Shown: piece after piece, positions 56,765 through 64,000 of the stretch
Position numbering within the stretch: position 1 is the stretch's first letter
Layout of the letters: every line of letters begins with the position of its first letter
Source: the human T2T-CHM13v2.0 reference genome, Homo sapiens
Assembly: GCF_009914755.1 (NCBI RefSeq)
Contig: NC_060938.1
Strand: one strand, 5' to 3'
Length of the DNA: 64,000 nucleotides
Notes under the pieces: model-generated
Database searches by the model: none
What the model was told of the DNA's origin: nothing
The model's input: only the letters and a program-made list of their open reading frames with translations
Program-made: the position numbers and the translations under genes

Positions 56765-58225
56765 AGCAGCACTGTCCAGTGGAAATATAAACCATGGAAA
56801 TACGAACCACAAACGTAGTTTTGAAGTTTTTAGTAGCCATATTTTAAATAGAAAGAAAAGAAGAAGTTAATTTTAATAATATATGTACCACAGTATATTC
56901 AAAATATTATCATTTCAACATGAAAACCACATAAAAATTATTGAGGATCAACCAAAAAGGAATTGTATTTGAAAAACACTAGGAATTCTTACAATTCAGT
57001 AAGGGGAAGAAGACATATAATCAATTGAAAAAATAGGCAAGAGACCCGAGCAGGCACTTTATGGAAGAGGATATACAAATGACAAAAAAATGTAAAACAT
57101 ATAGTCAACTTTATTAATAATTATGGCAATGCAAATTAAAACCATAGTAGAAAAGATAGCTGGGCACAGACTCCAGAAAAATGAGGACAAACTGGAATGC
57201 AGCTGCACCTCCGAATCTTCCTTTCACTGTCTCTGAACAAAGAAAACCAGTAATGTGTAATGCCTAAGCCTTCATTTCCACCTTCCAGATCTCCCGCCAC
57301 TTTACTTTTGGCAAACTTTAACCAGGAACCATGTAAGGAAGAGTCTAAGTAATTTGGTTCACAGTATAAACAAGTAAACGGTTGAACAAGCCAGCACAAT
57401 GAGAGTCTACTACACATTCATCATATTTGCTAAAATTTATAAAAACTGATGGTACCAAAGATCCAGGCTGTGGAATGGCTGGAATTCTCATACATTGCTG
57501 GTGGTAGTATAAATTGATAGAACTTTATTTGGAAACTTTTGCTTCTTTAACGTATTAAGTTAAATACATATAACCTAATATCCAGCAAAAAAAAAAAAAA
57601 AAAAAAGAGAGAGACATGTACAAAAACATTCACAGAAGCATTATTTACAGCAGCCAAAATCTGGAAACAACCCAAATGACCCAAAAGGAGAATGGATATT
57701 TGTGGTATAGTCATTATAAAATCTTAGGACTCAATGAAAATAAATTACAGGTACATAGTTTAGCTGGATGAATCACTTGGACACAAAAATATATATTGCA
57801 TGATTCCATTAGTATCAAATTCAAAACAACACAAAATTAATTTATGGTGTTAGAAAGCAGGTTAGTGAATACCTTTGGGAATGTGTTTGGAGGATATATA
57901 GGGAAACTTCTGGGGTGTTGGCAACATTTTATTAACAGGGTCTTGGTAACATGGGCATACATTTTGGTGACTCCATTTTGCCTAAACTTAAGTACTTTTT
58001 TGTGTGTTCCTGATATACTTTGATGGAAAAGGTTAAAAATAAATAACTTGTAAACTTTAAAAATTATTCAGATATTTTACATTTTTTTTACTTGTACTAA
58101 GTCTTCAGTACTTAGGGTGTATTTTATCCTTATAAGACATGTTAATTCAGACTAGCCACATTTCAAGTATCCAGTAGCCAGCCACACGTGACTAATGGCT
58201 ACCCTATTGGGCATTGTGGGTCTAT
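56765..58225. mobile_element. MER33/MER3-like hAT element split by an old plus-strand L1M fragment (~56945-58050)
   Basis: End motifs cagcactgtccag (56767) and gctaccctattgggcattgtg (~58200). The internal sequence is L1-like (catttctcatacattgctggtgg...-type, ctggaaacaacccaaatg). Confidence 0.5.
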
Positions 58226-58597
58226 AGCCCTACCATTTTAGAGCTTCTATGGAGTTAGACTTTATTTCAGGGCTTTCGTTGAAGTATTAATTAGGAAGAA
58301 TAGGAGATTATTCCTCCCAAGGAACTCATTTTAATTTTACTGCTTTTGGTTTTATAGAATATTTTCTATTGAAAAACAGATGGTTGTTTTTATATACAAG
58401 TTCACAAGACACCTAATATGTCATTGTTTTGGTTTTTTGTTCTTATTGCTTTATTACCATTCTTCTCATGACCACCTTTTTTAAAAGCAAACTTTTCATT
58501 GAAGCTGTGACATACATACATAAAAGGGCACAAATTATAGCTCAATGAATTTTTACAAAGCAAACATACCCACTGTTTGTATCCCAGAAATAGAACA

Positions 58598-60116
<1,519 letters not shown>

Positions 60117-61220
60117 AGAAATAGAACATTACCAGCATCCTAAAAACTCCTGCCTGTGCCACCTTCTAGTCACTACCCCAAAATGGAACCCGAATTATAA
60201 CACTATAGATTAGTTTTGCTTGTTTGTGAAATTTTTACAAACAGAATAATATAGTGTTATACGTTTGTGTGTCCGGTTTATTTTGTTTAAAATTATGTTT
60301 GTGAGATTCACTTATACTGCTGATAGTTGCCATCGTTCTTTTCTTGTCATTGCTCTGTAGCATTCCATTAAATATATCACAGTTTGTCCATTTTATTGTT
60401 GATGGACACGAGTAGTTTTCCATTTTTGACTATTATGACTAGTGCTGTTATGAACATTGTTGGACATGTCTTTTAGTGAATGTTTTGTTCATGTTTCTGT
60501 TGATACATAACTGGAAGTGGAATTGCTGGGCTGTAGTATAAACATGTATCAGTTTATGTAGATACTGCCAAACAGTTGTTTAAAATGATTGTACCCATTT
60601 CCACTCAACTGAAACAATGAATCTTACTTGTTTCACATTCTCACAAACATTTGATATAATTTTGTTTTTTGTTTAGTCATATTGATATTTCTTTTCTAAT
60701 ACAGTCTTAAGCATAAATGTACTTTGAGTATCTTCTTTTGTGGAATATCTGTTAAATCTCTTGCCCATTTCTTTATTGTATTATCTGGCTTTTCCTTATT
60801 GGTTTGCAGGAGTTCTTTATACATTATGGGTAAAAGTCCTTTGTCATGTATGTGTATTGTATATACCATCTCCCACTCTATAGCTTGCCCTTTCACTCTT
60901 GAATCATATCTTTTGATTAATTTCTTAATTTTAATGTAGTCCAATTTAATTTAAATAATTTCATTTGTGTCTAGTGTAACTTTGTGTCCTGCTAGAAAAA
61001 TCTCTGCCTGCCTGCAGCATTAGTATATTGCCTATTTTTTTCTAAAAGTGTTATTATTTACCTGTCATATTTAGCTCTAAAATTCACCTGGAATTAATTG
61101 TTGTGTATGGAATGAGGTAGGAGGTTAAGATTCATTATTTTATATATGGATATCCAGTTAACATGCAGTACTATGTTGTCTCCATTGTAACTTAGTGACT
61201 TTCATGTATGGGTCGATTCT
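60117..61220 (-). mobile_element. Old L1M (L1MB/MC/ME-like) remnant; its distal 3' part continues at ~58480-58585
   Basis: Degenerate ORF2 peptide 60696-60944 (RVKGQAIEWE...DKGLLPIMYKELLQ...IKKWARDL). Confidence 0.65.
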
Positions 61221-61223
61221 GGG

Positions 61224-61532
<309 letters not shown>

Positions 61533-61784
61533 TGTTCTGGGCTCTTTATTCTATTACAACCAAGTTTTTTGGTAAAATCAAGCAAAGTGGTATATGTGTG
61601 GGACGTTCTTAAGATGAGGAAATTCTAGAGTTAAGTGGAATTAATTTATTCAAGATGTCTAGGAAGCAATATTAGAACATTTATCCTTTAACTAGGAGAA
61701 GTTACATATTATCAGTAATAGAGCCAAGCTTAGTTATCAAAACCTCTGACTTTCAAACATATAAAGGGTTCTTTAGTTCCAAAC

Positions 61785-62042
61785 TTTTTTTTTCCTTTCT
61801 GAAATAGGGCCTTGCTCTGTCACCCAGGCTGGAGTACAGTGGCACAATCACAGAGCTCACCTCAGCCTCAACCTCCCAGGCTCAAGCAATTCTCCCACTT
61901 CAGCTTCCTGAGTGGCTAGGACCACAGGTGTGTGATACCACACCTGACTAATTTTTTTGTGTGTCGTGGAAACAGGGTCTTGCTGTGTTGCCCAGACAGG
62001 TCTTGAACTTCTGGAATTACAGGCATAAGCCACCATGCCCAG
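61785..62042 (-). mobile_element. AluJ with an internal deletion
   Basis: Diverged reverse Alu. Confidence 0.8.
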
Positions 62043-62269
62043 TCTACCTCCAGACTTTCAGTTATACATCCTTATTAGTAAATGATGTTTGAACATATAA
62101 CCTAATATATGTATGAAATATATTTATTAATAAGTTATATATTGTATATGTAGTATACATATATTACTACATTAATATGTTATTTTCTTTATAAAACACA
62201 CAAAATTGAAATTGAAAGGAAATCATAACATAGAAATAGAAATCCTAATGTTTTCTTTTTACACCTCTA

Positions 62270-62665
62270 TATCAGCCAAGATGGGCTAGGTTATGTGTGT
62301 TATCAACTCTCAAATTTCAGTGGCTTAAAACAGCACAGGTTTATTTGTCTCATGCTCTGTGTCCATTGTGGTTTGGCTTCAACACTCCTCTGTATTGCAT
62401 CGTTCTCTGTATTGTTCAACACCCTGGCACCCAGACTGATACAGCAGCCACCAGCTGGAGGCTTGCTTGTCATCAGGACAGAGGGAAAAATAATGAGGAA
62501 TTAACACTTAAAGCTTTGGCCTAGATTTGACACATGGCACTTCTGCATACGTTTCATTGGCCAAAACAAGTTATGTGTTCCTACCTAATTTGAGGGAAGA
62601 AAAGTCCTAACCTTGTGCCCAGGCAGAGAAATGGACATATTTTAGACAGCATTAAAAGTTGACAC
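62270..62665. mobile_element. MLT1-type MaLR LTR remnant
   Basis: ggctaggttatg...cagtggcttaaaacagcacagg and acttctgcatacgtttcattggccaaaacaag motifs. Confidence 0.6.
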
Positions 62666-62829
62666 CTCTCTCATGATCAGTTTTGGAGAACACAGCCCAG
62701 GATTTGTGTTTGTCTAAGAAAATAAACACACAAAGACAAGTCTATTTAGCTTCTTCCATTATTTTGTATTGTTTTTAACACACTGAAGTCCTGAGTAATG
62801 AGTCAACTACAACTACAGGCATAGTGGCC

Positions 62830-63340
62830 TCTCTTGCTTACAACTCTGTAATGGCTTTTTAGCACTCATTATATAACTCAGACACCTTAATATAGCCTAC
62901 AAGCCCCACCTTTCCAGCTTCATCTAACTCCACTCACACCACACCTTAGAGGCCTCAGACTGGCCTTTCAGTTCCTTGAAGGGAGACATGTGCTCCCTAC
63001 TTCTGTTTTGAATGTTTTTCTTCCCTTTTCCTTGTTTTTGCCCAGTCACTCTGTAGCTTTAAGATCAAATGTTTCTTCAAGGAAGCCCTCTCTGACTCCC
63101 AGAGTACATCAAGTCCTCTCTGTTCTACACTCTCATAATACCCTATACTTTGCTTCCAGAGAAGCCATTCCATTTTATGAGTGTATTTTTGCACTATTCT
63201 TTGTTCAGTCAATTTCCTCCAATTACAGTACAAGCTCCAAAGGGTAAGGATCAAGTCTGTTTTGCTCAGCACTGTATGCTATTCCTTGTGTTTAGCCCAG
63301 TTACTGGCATATATTAAGAGCTCGTTAAATATTGAGTTTG
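62830..63340 (+). mobile_element. L2 3' remnant
   Basis: tcaaatgtttcttcaaggaagccctctctgac...aagctccaaagggtaagga...ctggcatatattaagagctc pattern. Confidence 0.6.
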
Positions 63341-64000
63341 GTTATAGTTTTATATTTTAGGTCTGTGACATTTGTGTAGTCTATAGAGAACATGTCTGAG
63401 ATATTTATACAGTCCATAGAGAATGATGTGATAAGAAGATGTAAATCACACAAACTGCAAATACACACTTGTTCTATGCCTCTATGTCTTAGGGAGTCTA
63501 AGAGATTCCAAGGTCAGAATGTTTTTCCTGTTCTCTCTGAATTGAAATATACCCTCACAAAGATTTTCACTTTCTTTAGGTGTTTTTCCTTTTCTCACTT
63601 TTTGAGTGATAATTTTTTGTTTAAATTGAGAGCCATACAGTCAGGGGATATATCACATTTAACATAAATGGCAGTAAAACTGCCCAAGCAGTGAGTGTAT
63701 TATATAGGCATAGTTAATAAACAAGCTGTGTGACATTAAGCTATGTTTCTCTCTAGCTTTCTGGAGATAGTACTGAATTCCCAAAACACAGCGTGATTTA
63801 TTTTTTGTGATAGTGTGCATCAGCAAAAGGGCATATATTAGATGCTTGGAAAATGCTTTGCTATAGATTTATGTCTTTTTACTATTTGTCTTCATATATA
63901 ATTATTGGGGGCAACTTTAGTTTTTTCTATTTCTCTTTTCAGAAAGAATAACAATTTTTTCGCCTTCTTATCTATATGTTTCATTGTGGACTATCAGTAC

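Overview
Primate (almost certainly human) genomic DNA: about 64 kb of the NUBPL (IND1, complex I Fe-S assembly P-loop ATPase) gene on the + strand. Only two coding exons are present (7067-7160 and 45922-46007), separated by a 38,761-nt intron. The rest is intronic and mostly transposon-derived. Three large L1s lie antisense to the gene. (i) A young L1HS (Ta-1-type, 13121-17412) is 5'-truncated but keeps an intact 1275-aa ORF2 and a 21-bp TSD. It lacks the distal ~120 nt of its 3' UTR, and a strong-Kozak flank ATG is fused in frame to its ORF1 stump. (ii) A near-full-length L1PA5-like element (25875-32063) has an antisense promoter pointing toward the downstream exon. (iii) An L1PA7-like element (32726-37674) carries a twin-priming inversion. 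There are also about 24 Alus/FLAMs, solo LTRs, MER1B, Tigger1, and L2/MIR remnants. Structure not explained by these annotations includes a ~130-bp inverted repeat with a perfect 47-bp core, three local duplications or templated insertions, and a CRE/RFX X-box/CRE motif cluster. I cannot claim a wholly new biological system; the most unusual object is the ORF2-intact L1HS. Subfamily names come from recalled diagnostic sequence, not a database search, and boundaries of old repeats are approximate. Almost all other ORFs in the track are repeat-derived or spurious.
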